DNA from: a virus
Length of the DNA: 64,000 bases
Strand: one strand, 5' to 3'
IMG/VR virus record: IMGVR_UViG_3300025778_000010
Span: 32,001-96,000 of that record
This document shows positions 35,297 through 45,446 of this stretch, piece by piece. Under the pieces are notes generated by a model. It made no database searches. It had not been told where the DNA came from and saw only the letters and a program-made list of their open reading frames with translations. How positions within the stretch are numbered: the stretch's first letter is position 1; the number at the start of each line of letters is the position of its first letter. Made by a program: the position numbers and the translations under genes.

Positions 35297-35820
35297 AGAC
35301 ATTACGAAGGGGCTTAAAATTCACGGGGAGTTTGCTGGTTTAAACTAACACATTAATAAAAATATATCAAAGCCAGTATAAGAAATATACCAGACATTAC
35401 GAAGGCATATACGGTAACATTTGTCAAGAGATATCTGTGTGATCTTGATCATATATTTATATAAAATGTATAATAAAATAAAAACATTACGATTTCGATC
35501 AAAATTCACACGATATTCTATACATTTAGATCAAAATTGTCTAATATTATATCAAAATTGTCAAAAATGTGTGCAAAATCACCCATATTTTTATGTGATA
35601 TATATCATATCGCACGGATTTGACATTACGAAGGGCATTATGGTATGCTCTATAACTTGATACAATCTATCTATATATACTAACTGAGTTTATTTAACAT
35701 AATACTGTGTATATTCTCCACTTTGCTCCACAATGCTCCACATATAGCCCATAAAAAGGGCGGAAACGAGCGTTAGCGAGTCTACTTTATATAGCCAGAT
35801 AGCAACCTATAGCCCTATAG
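35297..35820. repeat. non-coding AT-rich convergence zone with several short direct-repeat families
   Basis: ACATTACGA x4, ATCAAAATT x3, CTCCAC x3 at 10-bp period, ATAGCC x3. Confidence 0.65.
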
Positions 35821-36152
35821 ATTAAATTTCTTTCCATATCTATTCTGCTCTAATCTCATCCATGCCTTGACCATATTGTTGATATCATGATCCTTCTGGA
35901 TAATAGATGCTCCATCTGGAAATGTGATCTTACATGATTCTTGGTCATATTGTTCTATCTTGATATTCTTCTTACCCATTATATTATCCTTATCTATTAT
36001 AGCTATTATAGGCACGTATTTGGACGAGATCCTTTAGGGATTCCCGCCTAATTTTCTCCTACTTTTCCGCTCATTTTACTTCGTATATTTGACCACAATA
36101 ATCGCACTTCATTTGCTGTGCAACTAGTGTCCATTTATGCTTACATTCTTCT

Positions 36153-36644
36153 TTATTCTTCAAAATTCTCCATAGATTCAAATAGGTCTGGTTGATTATC
36201 TATATCCAGTGTAGTCTTAATTGATCTTTCTTCTGCTGGAAATACATTATTGGCAATCCCCGCCCATTGTGAAGATTCATATTGAATTGGCATGGCATTG
36301 CGAAGGGCAGAATTTTCCGTCTTTAATGCCTTAACCTGAGCTTTTAAGGCCTGATTATCCACATCTAGGATTTCGTTGATCTCCAACTGATAATGTATGG
36401 CACTATGCTCTGATTCATAGGCATTTTCATATAAACCTGCCTTATCCTCTGCTTTTCTCGCTAGATCGTTATATTGACTGGCAAGTTCAGATACATTACA
36501 ATATGCGTTATATGTCTCAATAAAATCTTCTTCTAACTCTTTATAATCTATATTTAATTTGGTAACCTTATCTTCATAATAGTATAATAAACCTATTGTA
36601 AATAAGGCTTCAAATCCCATTGTTGTAAGTATTAAGGCTATCAC
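36153..36644 (-). CDS. membrane-anchored coiled-coil protein
   Basis: N-terminal hydrophobic helix followed by heptads. Confidence 0.6.
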   Translation of the reverse strand: MIALILTTMGFEALFTIGLLYYYEDKVTKLNIDYKELEEDFIETYNAYCNVSELASQYNDLARKAEDKAGLYENAYESEHSAIHYQLEINEILDVDNQALKAQVKALKTENSALRNAMPIQYESSQWAGIANNVFPAEERSIKTTLDIDNQPDLFESMENFEE

Positions 36645-36800
36645 TTTTGCTCTTCCGCTGCCTTATTTTGAGCTTCTACCATTGCTTGCATAGCCTTGAC
36701 TCTATATGCAAGGTCATTAAACTTCTTAAGTTCCTCAGATCGTTTCTTTCGTGCCACATTCTTCATATGACGCTTATGTCCACGTGCTGAAACTTCCTTA

Positions 36801-36989
36801 TTATTCTTTCTCATTTTTCCCCCTTTTTTGCCTCAATATCTCGTGCGTTTCATAACACTGATTACATGCATAATGCAATATTGCACCATCTGCTACCAAC
36901 TGCGTTTTACCCTTTTTCTTACAGTAATAACAGGTAGATTGTTTAATCTTATTTATTTCTCTAAAGGCTTCTTTATATATCTCTGACAT
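36801..36989 (-). CDS. zinc-finger hypothetical protein
   Basis: CYYC and CNQC. Confidence 0.55.
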   Translation of the reverse strand: MSEIYKEAFREINKIKQSTCYYCKKKGKTQLVADGAILHYACNQCYETHEILRQKRGKNEKE

Positions 36990-37109
36990 CTGTTAGCCTT
37001 TTTAATTGCTCCCGCAAATTATCATTAATCTGTTTTTCTTGTCTAAGTTCAAATTGCTCCAGCTTTAATCTAAAGAATAAGATTAAACATAATGGAATAA
37101 GACAGTAAA

Positions 37110-37433
37110 TCAAACTTGTGCCTGCTTCCACTCATCCGCATCTTTGTATCCTAATAATAATTGATCTTCGTCTAGTTCAAACCTGTAATCTTCTTTTTCT
37201 GGCTTGTACTTTGAGATGATGTTTGTAATCTCTTTAAACTGAGATAGATAGGCAAATGCTTTTGCTTCCGCCTCTTCAACTGTACGTGCTTCGCCTTGAT
37301 CAATATTGCCATTGAACTCTGCCCAGTACAGCCACGCTGTTGAACCCTCTGTAAACTTATCTAAAGAGAATAATGCTACTGCTTCTGTGTTACTTGTCAT
37401 CTTTGCTATCCGCCTAACTTGCGACTTGCTCAT
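37110..37433 (-). CDS. hypothetical protein
   Basis: ORF co-oriented with neighbours. Confidence 0.6.
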   Translation of the reverse strand: MSKSQVRRIAKMTSNTEAVALFSLDKFTEGSTAWLYWAEFNGNIDQGEARTVEEAEAKAFAYLSQFKEITNIISKYKPEKEDYRFELDEDQLLLGYKDADEWKQAQV

Positions 37434-37776
37434 AGTTATATGGTACCATTTTTCCGCCTTTTAGTCTATAGAAATCCATATCTAAGGCTTGTGCTACTAT
37501 TGCTTCTAACTTTGCCCCTCTTGATTCCCGCCAACCATCCAACAATAAAATGCTATCAGCCATCATAAGCATTTTTAAATCTTCACGCATATACTTGCCC
37601 CAAGAATGACCACTGATTTTAGCGTGTTTAACTGCTTCTTCAAGAGTATAACCATCTTGCCATGCTGGGTTCAATGCTACGTAACCCAAGCTTCTTATAA
37701 ATTCCTCTGCATCAAAGAATGCTTTAAAGTTGTAGTTTGTATGCCCTGTCATTGGACCTGAAATATAGATTTTCAC
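37414..37776 (-). CDS. DUF4406 / nucleoside-deoxyribosyltransferase-like protein
   Basis: KIYISGPMTG...LNPA...GWRESRGAKLE. Confidence 0.8.
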   Translation of the reverse strand: MKIYISGPMTGHTNYNFKAFFDAEEFIRSLGYVALNPAWQDGYTLEEAVKHAKISGHSWGKYMREDLKMLMMADSILLLDGWRESRGAKLEAIVAQALDMDFYRLKGGKMVPYNYEQVAS

Positions 37777-37927
37777 TCTGGGTTGTATCCTGGACCTTTA
37801 TAGTTTCCAAACAATACATTTACAAAAAAATTAAAATCTTCATCTGTTACAGGTTCATATGTAATGCCTTTTTGCTGATCCAGCAACTCTTGCATCTTTT
37901 GCTTATCCTGTTTTTCGCTCAATTTTG

Positions 37928-38302
37928 TTACCATAACTGCTTTCTTTTTGGTAGGGGTATTCTAGGAAAGTTTATTTTAATAAACTTCATAAACTGAAAG
38001 TGCCAACATAGCCACCATTTTTTGTTTTCATCCCACATATAAGTACGATAAAAGCCTATTCGCCTATCTTCTTTTTTACGCCAATCTTTTGCAAAGTTAG
38101 CCAAATCTGTGTCACATATCTCGCAGGACATATCACCAATTTTAGAGTCTGCACAATCGCAAAAATCTTCTTTCATAATGTCTTCAAGTGATAAGTTAAA
38201 TCTTTCAAGTGTTTTAACGTATACAAGCCCCACCAAAAAAGCAATATAACCTAAAACTGTTGCAGATATGATTATAACCAAGAGAATGTAAGCAAAGATC
38301 AT
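37928..38302 (-). CDS. membrane-anchored hypothetical protein
   Basis: N-terminal TM helix; CDC and CEIC. Confidence 0.5.
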   Translation of the reverse strand: MIFAYILLVIIISATVLGYIAFLVGLVYVKTLERFNLSLEDIMKEDFCDCADSKIGDMSCEICDTDLANFAKDWRKKEDRRIGFYRTYMWDENKKWWLCWHFQFMKFIKINFPRIPLPKRKQLW

Positions 38303-39215
38303 TTGCGTTTAGATTCCTTTAACTTTTTATTTCTGTTAGACCAAGCAAGCTTTTGTAGTTTTTCAAGCTTTCTATACTCATCTAATGGTGGACATTCATT
38401 ACACCAGTGAAAACTAGTTGCTTGCCAATGCCCCCGCTTTACCGCACACATTTCATAAGTCATTACTTATGCTCCTTTGATATATGATTATTTAAAGTAT
38501 GATGTGCAAACCCAGAGCGTACTTCTACCTCCCGTTTGCATTCAGGACATATTACTATCCTAGCCATTTTCTTTTTGCTCCTTTACCCAAGCATCTCCTG
38601 CCATCTCTTCATAGCAATCGCCACATATCTTTTGATCACCCAGCATCATATAACGCTTTCTGAGGCTTTTGCAATATGGGCATCTATTATAAGTCCCGCT
38701 CATTTTTTAGTCGCTATCGCCCAAATTGCAGTAGCAATCATTGCAATTACTCCAGTTCCCCAAATTCCAAGAACAATTCTATACCACACAATTCCTTGCA
38801 GGAACCCTTTATCTCTTGTGTCGTAACCCATTAGTAACCACCTAAACAATTAATAGATTTAGTATGTCTTGTGTATTGCATCAGATATTCTGATTTACTT
38901 GGAGCATAAAAGTCTTTACCACAAGCCCCGCAATTACCTGACCATTCTTCTTCAAAGAAGTTATATGTCATGATCTTAATGCGTGGATTTGTAGTTACTG
39001 GCGATGTCTTTTTTTGTTTCCGTATTTGTTCTCTACGTCTTGTTTGCATTTGTCTACAATCGCTTTCGTTAGTAGTTCAATACGACGGGAAGATTCAAGA
39101 GCACGTATATCATCCCAGTCCATAGGATCTTCTTGTTGGTTCATACTGTATTATATCAATCAGTGTTGTGTTTTGTCAATAGGGTATTCATCATCAAACT
39201 CTTTTTCATTTATCA

Positions 39216-39650
39216 TTAATTAATCCATTCATCAAACAATGTATATTCTACATCATCATCTTCTAATTGTAAATATCTAATTTCATCAATAAAATTATAT
39301 TTTAAAGCAGCTTTTAACATTTTGTCTGACGAGCTACCTTCAACTGGATAAGATGAAAAATAAACAATGTAATATGCGTTAGCGTTTACTTTTTTTAATA
39401 ATGCTCCATTAGCAATTGCTTTTTTAACATTATCTGTTCTCTTAGCCCCTGGACGCTTTTTATCGCCTTCTGCCCCGCCTTTTGCTTCAATATAATGGCC
39501 ATAGTCGCCAAAAAAATCAACTTGAATGCCAATTTCAGGAATATCAAAATTCTTTTTTAAATCAATATATTCACGATTAATTAAATCTTTATATACTAAG
39601 TCTTCAAACTTATCGCCAGATCTTTTAGATTCGGCTTGAAAGTCAATCAT
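39216..39650 (-). CDS. PD-(D/E)XK endonuclease-like protein
   Basis: GDKFE...QVDF...YIEAKG; start MIDFQ. Confidence 0.65.
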   Translation of the reverse strand: MIDFQAESKRSGDKFEDLVYKDLINREYIDLKKNFDIPEIGIQVDFFGDYGHYIEAKGGAEGDKKRPGAKRTDNVKKAIANGALLKKVNANAYYIVYFSSYPVEGSSSDKMLKAALKYNFIDEIRYLQLEDDDVEYTLFDEWIN

Positions 39651-39948
39651 TCTTCTCCCAGTAAGGTATCCCGTTTTCATCATAATCAGAACCAAGTTTA
39701 TCAAACAATTCTGCATTTTCGTACATTACTTTTTGTATACTAGCTTTCATTAAATCCATTTTTTTAATATGCCAATTATCCTCAACTGGAGGCTTAGGGT
39801 ATATTTTTGGGTTGATTTCATATAGTAACTGCCATAGTACTAAACAATCGTCGTGCTTCCACCATAAGTCGCAGGTGTAATCTTTAATCTGTGGACACAA
39901 CAAATATCTGTCCAAAATTAACTGAACAATATCTTCTTGATCTTTCAT
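39643..39948 (-). CDS. hypothetical protein
   Basis: ORF overlapping downstream gene. Confidence 0.55.
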   Translation of the reverse strand: MKDQEDIVQLILDRYLLCPQIKDYTCDLWWKHDDCLVLWQLLYEINPKIYPKPPVEDNWHIKKMDLMKASIQKVMYENAELFDKLGSDYDENGIPYWEKND

Positions 39949-40070
39949 TAGGCTATCCTATCAGATAGGTGACAATTTTGTCAATTATTTCTTATGTTTA
40001 TTAGCATTATGACATTTAAAAGATAAAGCCATAATAACAAGCATACTAAAATACATTAATAAGCATTGCA

Positions 40071-40445
40071 TTAGATTTCCCCCTCATCTTCTTCTTTGAG
40101 GACTCTAATGTCTTCTCGAAGATCCCTTACGGCTTCTAGAATTTCTTCCGTCATCCAGTTGGTCTCTTTTGTATTGCTTAATGTTTTTCTAGATATTTTC
40201 TTTTCTGCTTCGCCTTCACGATTACTTGAAGACAAAATAAGTGCTGACAATATAATAGCTTCTAAACTTAAAATCATAGTTAAAAGCCCATATGGAAAGG
40301 GTTCTACTTTAAACCCTATCCAACAACCCCACCAAACAGCGTGAATAATAAGAAACCAAGGGCTTGCGGACGTTTCTGCTGTCCAGTCTGCCAGTTCCTC
40401 TATTCTTTTTTCAAATATTCTAAAAGAGTGCTTGATTTTTTTCAT
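40071..40445 (-). CDS. DUF1003 family membrane protein
   Basis: SPWFLIIH...EPFPYGLLTMILSLEAI...NR. Confidence 0.8.
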   Translation of the reverse strand: MKKIKHSFRIFEKRIEELADWTAETSASPWFLIIHAVWWGCWIGFKVEPFPYGLLTMILSLEAIILSALILSSSNREGEAEKKISRKTLSNTKETNWMTEEILEAVRDLREDIRVLKEEDEGEI

Positions 40446-40474
40446 GATATAGCAATTATATCATGTTTAGTTAA

Positions 40475-41206
40475 TTAATTATAATTCTTTTTGTTCCAAA
40501 AACTTTTTTTATAATTATCTTCAGTTAATTTTGTTGCTTCATACCCCGATGAATCGTACTGACTATATTCTCTTGTAACAGATTTCCAATCTTTTCTTTT
40601 AAACGGAATGATTTGTATAAGAGGTGTACCAATTTCAAGCTTACCAGTAAATCCTTTTTTCATTAAAAATGGAAAATTGATTGGCATAGGATGAGTATCA
40701 GTATCAACAACTCCCGACATAGTTGTAAATGGCAAATCAAATCTATTTAATGGATGTGTAAATAAACAAGACCACCCAGGAGCTGTACGAATTATATTTA
40801 AATTACGCCATTTATAAGCCATTGGAACATACTCTGGTCCTGCTGCAAATCCTTGAACTTGTCTACCATCATGACCTTGGATCATATCAATATCTGAGTT
40901 ATGGCCAAATGTAAAGGTTTCTTCATCATAAGCTAATTCAATAGGAAGAGAGTAAATATAACCAACACTCAATGCATCTAAAACTGGAATACACTTTTTA
41001 ATTGTACCCATCGGCACTGAATTTAATTTAGGGCTTTTTTGTTTTTCTTCTTGAGTCACATCCACATTTCTAGCAATATTTTTATACCACTCGGGAATAC
41101 TTTTTACTGCTGGTTTTGGTTGAGAATCAGAAAAAAAAGATGAAGGTGCAATTGGCTGAAAATGAATTTCGCCTTCTTTAATTTTATTTTGTTTGAATTT
41201 GAACAT
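40475..41206 (-). CDS. conserved phage beta-fold protein
   Basis: PEWYK, TIKKCIPVLD, GVVDTD, GTPLIQIIPFKR motifs. Confidence 0.6.
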   Translation of the reverse strand: MFKFKQNKIKEGEIHFQPIAPSSFFSDSQPKPAVKSIPEWYKNIARNVDVTQEEKQKSPKLNSVPMGTIKKCIPVLDALSVGYIYSLPIELAYDEETFTFGHNSDIDMIQGHDGRQVQGFAAGPEYVPMAYKWRNLNIIRTAPGWSCLFTHPLNRFDLPFTTMSGVVDTDTHPMPINFPFLMKKGFTGKLEIGTPLIQIIPFKRKDWKSVTREYSQYDSSGYEATKLTEDNYKKSFWNKKNYN

Positions 41207-41426
41207 TGCTCTTTGCTGATTCCGCTAGTGCAACTAATTCATTAAATTTAATCATGTATGCATTAATAACATATACTGTGTCATCAATAGCATTTTGAGC
41301 AGCCTTATCTTGCTCTGCTTCTTCGTAACGACCATTAATTGCCCAATGCTCTAAAAGCTCACCTGCAACCTGTGTTACTAAATCTTCTAATTGTTTAAAA
41401 TGTAATGGAACTGAACCGTCTGACAT
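41184..41426 (-). CDS. hypothetical protein
   Basis: Translationally coupled ORF. Confidence 0.65.
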   Translation of the reverse strand: MSDGSVPLHFKQLEDLVTQVAGELLEHWAINGRYEEAEQDKAAQNAIDDTVYVINAYMIKFNELVALAESAKSNVQIQTK

Positions 41427-41707
41427 TATTTACTCTTTCTATAATTATGGAATGGGTTAAATGTAAACATGCTTTTAACCCTTGCTTTCTTTTCATCTGA
41501 TAGCCATTTATTTATATTTAATGAATAAACTGCAATATAAATTGTTGATCCAAAAATAAATCCCCATTGCTTAGTGTTAATAGAATATGCTACCCATGCA
41601 CACTCGTTTGCAATTCCCACCGCAAATCCGTACCATTTCTTTTTACCTGTAAGCCAAATTCCAATAACACCTAATATTGAAAGTGCCCACGATACCCACC
41701 ATGCCAT
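41426..41707 (-). CDS. small PnuC-like membrane protein
   Basis: Three TM helices; GIWLTGKKKWYG. Confidence 0.5.
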   Translation of the reverse strand: MAWWVSWALSILGVIGIWLTGKKKWYGFAVGIANECAWVAYSINTKQWGFIFGSTIYIAVYSLNINKWLSDEKKARVKSMFTFNPFHNYRKSK

Positions 41708-41772
41708 TTATATCACCTATTCTATTATACCAAAGAGGGTAGACTTTTGTCTACCCTCCCCAGTTGTAATAC

Positions 41773-42801
41773 TTACTTAGTAAGTAATGGCTGACGAAAA
41801 CGCTTAGCCAAAACATTATACTTGGCAAAAAGTGCCTTGTATGACTTATTTACTGCAGCAATTGCTGCGGTGTTTGTAGCATTATCTGCAGCGTGTGCTG
41901 CCTTTTCAACTGTAAGTGCAGTTGTTGCTGCATCCGACGCAGACTTTGCTGATTCAATCTGTGCATTAAGTGATGCAATTTGTGCATTCAAAAATGTAAT
42001 CTGACCACTTAAATCTGATACTGAAAATGTTGCAATAGCAGACTTAACTGCTGTTGGTAGGCCAACAGATGTTGCTGCAATTGATGAATCAGTTGCAAGG
42101 ACTGTAACTGTACCCGCTGCTACTGCAGAAAGTGTACCTGTTGCTGAACCAAGAACTGTTACTGGTGTTACACCTGCTGCAGAAGTAACTGCAGAAGTTG
42201 TAAGAGTCTTTGTGATTGATGCATCAGAGAAAGTTGCACCAACAAGTGTTACAGAAATGGCCTCAGACGCTACTGGATTACCAAATACGTCAGTTGCTAA
42301 AACTGAAATTGTAGGAGCAGTATTAACTGCTGCCGATGCTGGAACTGAAACTGCAACGTTTGCTGCAACTCCTGCTGTTCCTTGAATATAGACAATTGTT
42401 GAATATGAACCGTTTGTAATGGTTACTGATCCAACAGTTGTGCTTGTTGTATAAGCATATACTGTTACGGCAACACCTTGAGATGTTAGTGAAAGTGATG
42501 ATACCCCAGATGCTGAATTTACTGGAGCATTTGTTGTGTTAAGTGCTGAAACAAGCTTAACGCCTGAAGCAACATATGTTACAACAGTACCTGTATCTGC
42601 TGTAGAAGCAAGTGCTACTGTATTTGACGAATCAATTACATTTGATACTGGAACTGCTACTGTCTTTGGTGCTGCAGAAGTTGTTACGTTTGTTACTCCT
42701 GCTACTGTTACCGCAAGCGGTGTAGCGTGAGCAACGGTTGATACGCCTACGATTGCAAGGGCTGCAGCAGTTGCAATAGCGATCTTCTTTGTTACCTTCA
42801 T
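41773..42801 (-). CDS. secreted Ig-like, A/T/S/V-rich surface protein
   Basis: Signal peptide (AHA), TDVFGNPV Ig-like motif, C-terminal coiled coil. Confidence 0.65.
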   Translation of the reverse strand: MKVTKKIAIATAAALAIVGVSTVAHATPLAVTVAGVTNVTTSAAPKTVAVPVSNVIDSSNTVALASTADTGTVVTYVASGVKLVSALNTTNAPVNSASGVSSLSLTSQGVAVTVYAYTTSTTVGSVTITNGSYSTIVYIQGTAGVAANVAVSVPASAAVNTAPTISVLATDVFGNPVASEAISVTLVGATFSDASITKTLTTSAVTSAAGVTPVTVLGSATGTLSAVAAGTVTVLATDSSIAATSVGLPTAVKSAIATFSVSDLSGQITFLNAQIASLNAQIESAKSASDAATTALTVEKAAHAADNATNTAAIAAVNKSYKALFAKYNVLAKRFRQPLLTK

Positions 42802-42859
42802 GTTTTTCCTATCTATTTAGTATCCCTGTACAGGATAATGGTTGATTATACAACCAATT

Positions 42860-43033
42860 CTATTTGTCAATTGGAGTGGGTGCTGTTAATAAAGTGCCAC
42901 ACTCTGAGCACTGTGCACTTAGCTTATAGAATACCAGCTCGTAAGTATCCTTGTCAAATTTTGCAGTAATATTAAATAAATCTGAAGAACATTCTGGACA
43001 TTCTGCAGTTGGTATTCCTCTAACATCTAGCAT
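42860..43033 (-). CDS. zinc-ribbon protein (57 aa)
   Basis: Read manually: MLDVRGIPTAECPEC...CSECGTLLTAPTPID. Confidence 0.7.
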   Translation of the reverse strand: MLDVRGIPTAECPECSSDLFNITAKFDKDTYELVFYKLSAQCSECGTLLTAPTPIDK

Positions 43034-43575
43034 TATTTTTTAACTTGTTTCTGTTGTTTAACAATCTGAAAAGGTCCAGACGTATAAATATCATTGTTAG
43101 CAGCAATTTCTAGAGCTTTTTCTACACTTGCTCCAGCGTACAACGCACCAATAGCGATTTGTGAACCTGATCCTACACCATAAATGCCGTCGCTATTCAG
43201 CAAAACACTAAAATCATTTCCTATATCAAATATCTCTCCGTCAAATGCAAAGAGCATATTAAACCCTGAATCTTTTTCTTCTTTATCTTCTTTCCACCCG
43301 TACTCTTCTAAGCATTCTTTCATGGCTGGAATAAATTTAACAACCATAAAACGATAAAGATTTTCTCTTTCCTTTACGGTAGGAACTGGTGGTACAAAAA
43401 CATGTTGCAATATATCACAAGGTTGTGAGTCACCGCTACCAGCAATCATCCAACCATTATTTTTGGTAATCTTCTGCATGCTGGCATGCATATTTGGACG
43501 GGCACCATCGGTAACTTGAGAGTCAGCTCCCATTGTGACATTACCATTTTTACATACTGCAACAATAGTTGTCAT
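43033..43575 (-). CDS. HslV/proteasome-beta-like Ntn protease
   Basis: N-terminal M-T-T-I, GADSQVT, GSGS. Confidence 0.85.
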   Translation of the reverse strand: MTTIVAVCKNGNVTMGADSQVTDGARPNMHASMQKITKNNGWMIAGSGDSQPCDILQHVFVPPVPTVKERENLYRFMVVKFIPAMKECLEEYGWKEDKEEKDSGFNMLFAFDGEIFDIGNDFSVLLNSDGIYGVGSGSQIAIGALYAGASVEKALEIAANNDIYTSGPFQIVKQQKQVKK

Positions 43576-43868
43576 TTACCTAGCTCCTCCAAAATTGCTT
43601 CAGCAGTACGTGATTCAATACGATCAACAATCTCTCCTCGCTTCATTGTAAAAATTTGAGGAATACTCTTGATTCCATAATATTCTACAGTAGATGAGTC
43701 AATTTTGTCAACATCTACCAAATAATAATTAGTTTCAGCATCAATTACGGATACTTTGCCGTAATGTGGTTTTAACTGTTTGCAGGGATTACACCAGTCT
43801 GCTGTAAAATAAACTACACATTCATCTTCAGCAATAAATTCGTTTACATCATTTGTAATTTTAAGCAA
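43572..43868 (-). CDS. thioredoxin
   Basis: WCNPC and SIP motifs. Confidence 0.9.
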   Translation of the reverse strand: MLKITNDVNEFIAEDECVVYFTADWCNPCKQLKPHYGKVSVIDAETNYYLVDVDKIDSSTVEYYGIKSIPQIFTMKRGEIVDRIESRTAEAILEELGK

Positions 43869-44091
43869 TTAATTCCTCCGCTGAAATTGTTTTACCAACA
43901 TAACGATGCTTAAGTATATAATCTCTTACAGACTCAGGACCATTTTGTCTTCCGCCAAGGATAATAACCCATCGTGGCTCAAATTTTTGATCAATACAGA
44001 CCTGACACATATAGAGCATTACTCCATTAATTATATCGGATTTTTGTGGATGTAGCTCATTTTTTGATTTTCCACAGCTAAAGCACAGCAT
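43861..44091 (-). CDS. zinc-finger hypothetical protein
   Basis: CFSC and CQVC. Confidence 0.7.
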   Translation of the reverse strand: MLCFSCGKSKNELHPQKSDIINGVMLYMCQVCIDQKFEPRWVIILGGRQNGPESVRDYILKHRYVGKTISAEELIA

Positions 44092-44315
44092 TATAGACCT
44101 TCCGTCTCATCAATATAACCTATTCCTATTTCATCTACTATATTAAACTCATCATTTGGCACTTCTACCAAATATTGAACACCGCCTTCAAAATATTCAA
44201 TTAAAGATACCCAAGCACCATGTCTTTTTACAGTTCCATAGACATCTTCGTATGGAAGATATACGTAGGTGATTGAATCTTCAGCGTTGTCCCCGTCTTG
44301 CCCTTGCTTGCTCAT
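44091..44315 (-). CDS. hypothetical protein
   Basis: Coupled ORF. Confidence 0.65.
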   Translation of the reverse strand: MSKQGQDGDNAEDSITYVYLPYEDVYGTVKRHGAWVSLIEYFEGGVQYLVEVPNDEFNIVDEIGIGYIDETEGL

Positions 44316-44559
44316 CAGTGTATTTCATCCCTTCTATTTCGCATGGAGTCCCAAATGCTTGAATTAATTCACGAACATGAAGTAAGTATTCCATGATCTG
44401 CATTCTTTGACTTTCGTTGTATTCCATAACATTACTTTCATAAACAGTTAAAGCAAGGTAGTTTGGTCTTGCTCTGACATCTAATATAAGATTTTTAACA
44501 GGACATTTAATTGCCCTAATCCTTTTAGCCATTTCAACTGTGTAAGATATTTTTGCCAT
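44281..44559 (-). CDS. hypothetical protein
   Basis: Coupled ORF. Confidence 0.65.
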   Translation of the reverse strand: MAKISYTVEMAKRIRAIKCPVKNLILDVRARPNYLALTVYESNVMEYNESQRMQIMEYLLHVRELIQAFGTPCEIEGMKYTDEQARARRGQR

Positions 44560-44860
44560 GAATTTTCTTTAACTGACTCCATATTTCTGGGTCTTTGTGT
44601 GAGTTATTTTGTTTATCTATACGACCTAAGTCCATAAAAATACCGCCTCGTACACCAAACTCTTTATTTGCTACACCTTCTTTATGACATTGTTTAATTA
44701 CTGGACAATGTAAACAAACTTGATCAATTTGTTTGGCAAGCTCTTTATCTGATTCATAATCATCATAAAACCAATTAATTGACATATTTGTGCATGCTGC
44801 AAGGTGATACCATTTGATATCAACTTCATCAATTCCTAAATGACTAAATAAACCTGGCAT
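44534..44860 (-). CDS. whiB: WhiB family Fe-S transcription factor
   Basis: W...AAC...VCLHCPVIKQC...FGVRGG (four Cys plus a GVWGG-like turn). Confidence 0.85.
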   Translation of the reverse strand: MPGLFSHLGIDEVDIKWYHLAACTNMSINWFYDDYESDKELAKQIDQVCLHCPVIKQCHKEGVANKEFGVRGGIFMDLGRIDKQNNSHKDPEIWSQLKKIHGKNILHS

Positions 44861-45074
44861 ACTTATCGCTAACCTTCCAAGTACCACGGTTAGTCATTTT
44901 ATAATAAGTTGCGTATCCCCACTTACCTTTTCTAAACAAACCATTTGTTGCCATGTAACCATCAGGGTTTTGATTCCACTTTACTAAAGTATAACCGTCC
45001 CAAAAAAAATTGTTTTTAATATTTTTTTCTACAAAAGCATGTGCTTCTTCGTAGTTTAATTCAAAAGATGGCAT
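44844..45074 (-). CDS. hypothetical protein
   Basis: Coupled ORF. Confidence 0.7.
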   Translation of the reverse strand: MPSFELNYEEAHAFVEKNIKNNFFWDGYTLVKWNQNPDGYMATNGLFRKGKWGYATYYKMTNRGTWKVSDKYARFI

Positions 45075-45382
45075 TAGTTGTTTTCCTTTACAACTCCAAG
45101 GAGATTTCTCCAGTTAATAAATTGATATTTTTCGCTATCATCATCTTCAACTTCTGTTGCATGATTATGAGAATAAATTACAGTGTCGCCTGGCTGTAAA
45201 GGGATATCATAATGATTGCCTGCATTATCATTATCCCCTGGACCTACTTTAACAACTACGCCACGAGACAAATTTGATTCAGCTACAGTTGCAGCAATAA
45301 CCAAACCTGATTTTGTTGTTCTATCTTCTTGTTTGTTTTCTTTGACAAGTACGAGACTACCTAGCGGTTGAATCTGTGTCAT
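45074..45382 (-). CDS. groES: co-chaperonin GroES
   Basis: IQPLGSLVLV, TKSGLVI, GVVVKVGPG, GDTVIY. Confidence 0.9.
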   Translation of the reverse strand: MTQIQPLGSLVLVKENKQEDRTTKSGLVIAATVAESNLSRGVVVKVGPGDNDNAGNHYDIPLQPGDTVIYSHNHATEVEDDDSEKYQFINWRNLLGVVKENN

Positions 45383-45446
45383 ATTTTTCCTTTGTTAGTA
45401 GGGACCTTATATTTATTGTATCATTTATAAAGATGGTTTGTCAAGC

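Noticed and set aside
35421-36015. ORFs 35421..35660 and 35815..36015
   Set aside because: The first lies in the repeat field with a TTG start and no RBS; the second is possible but has too little support to call
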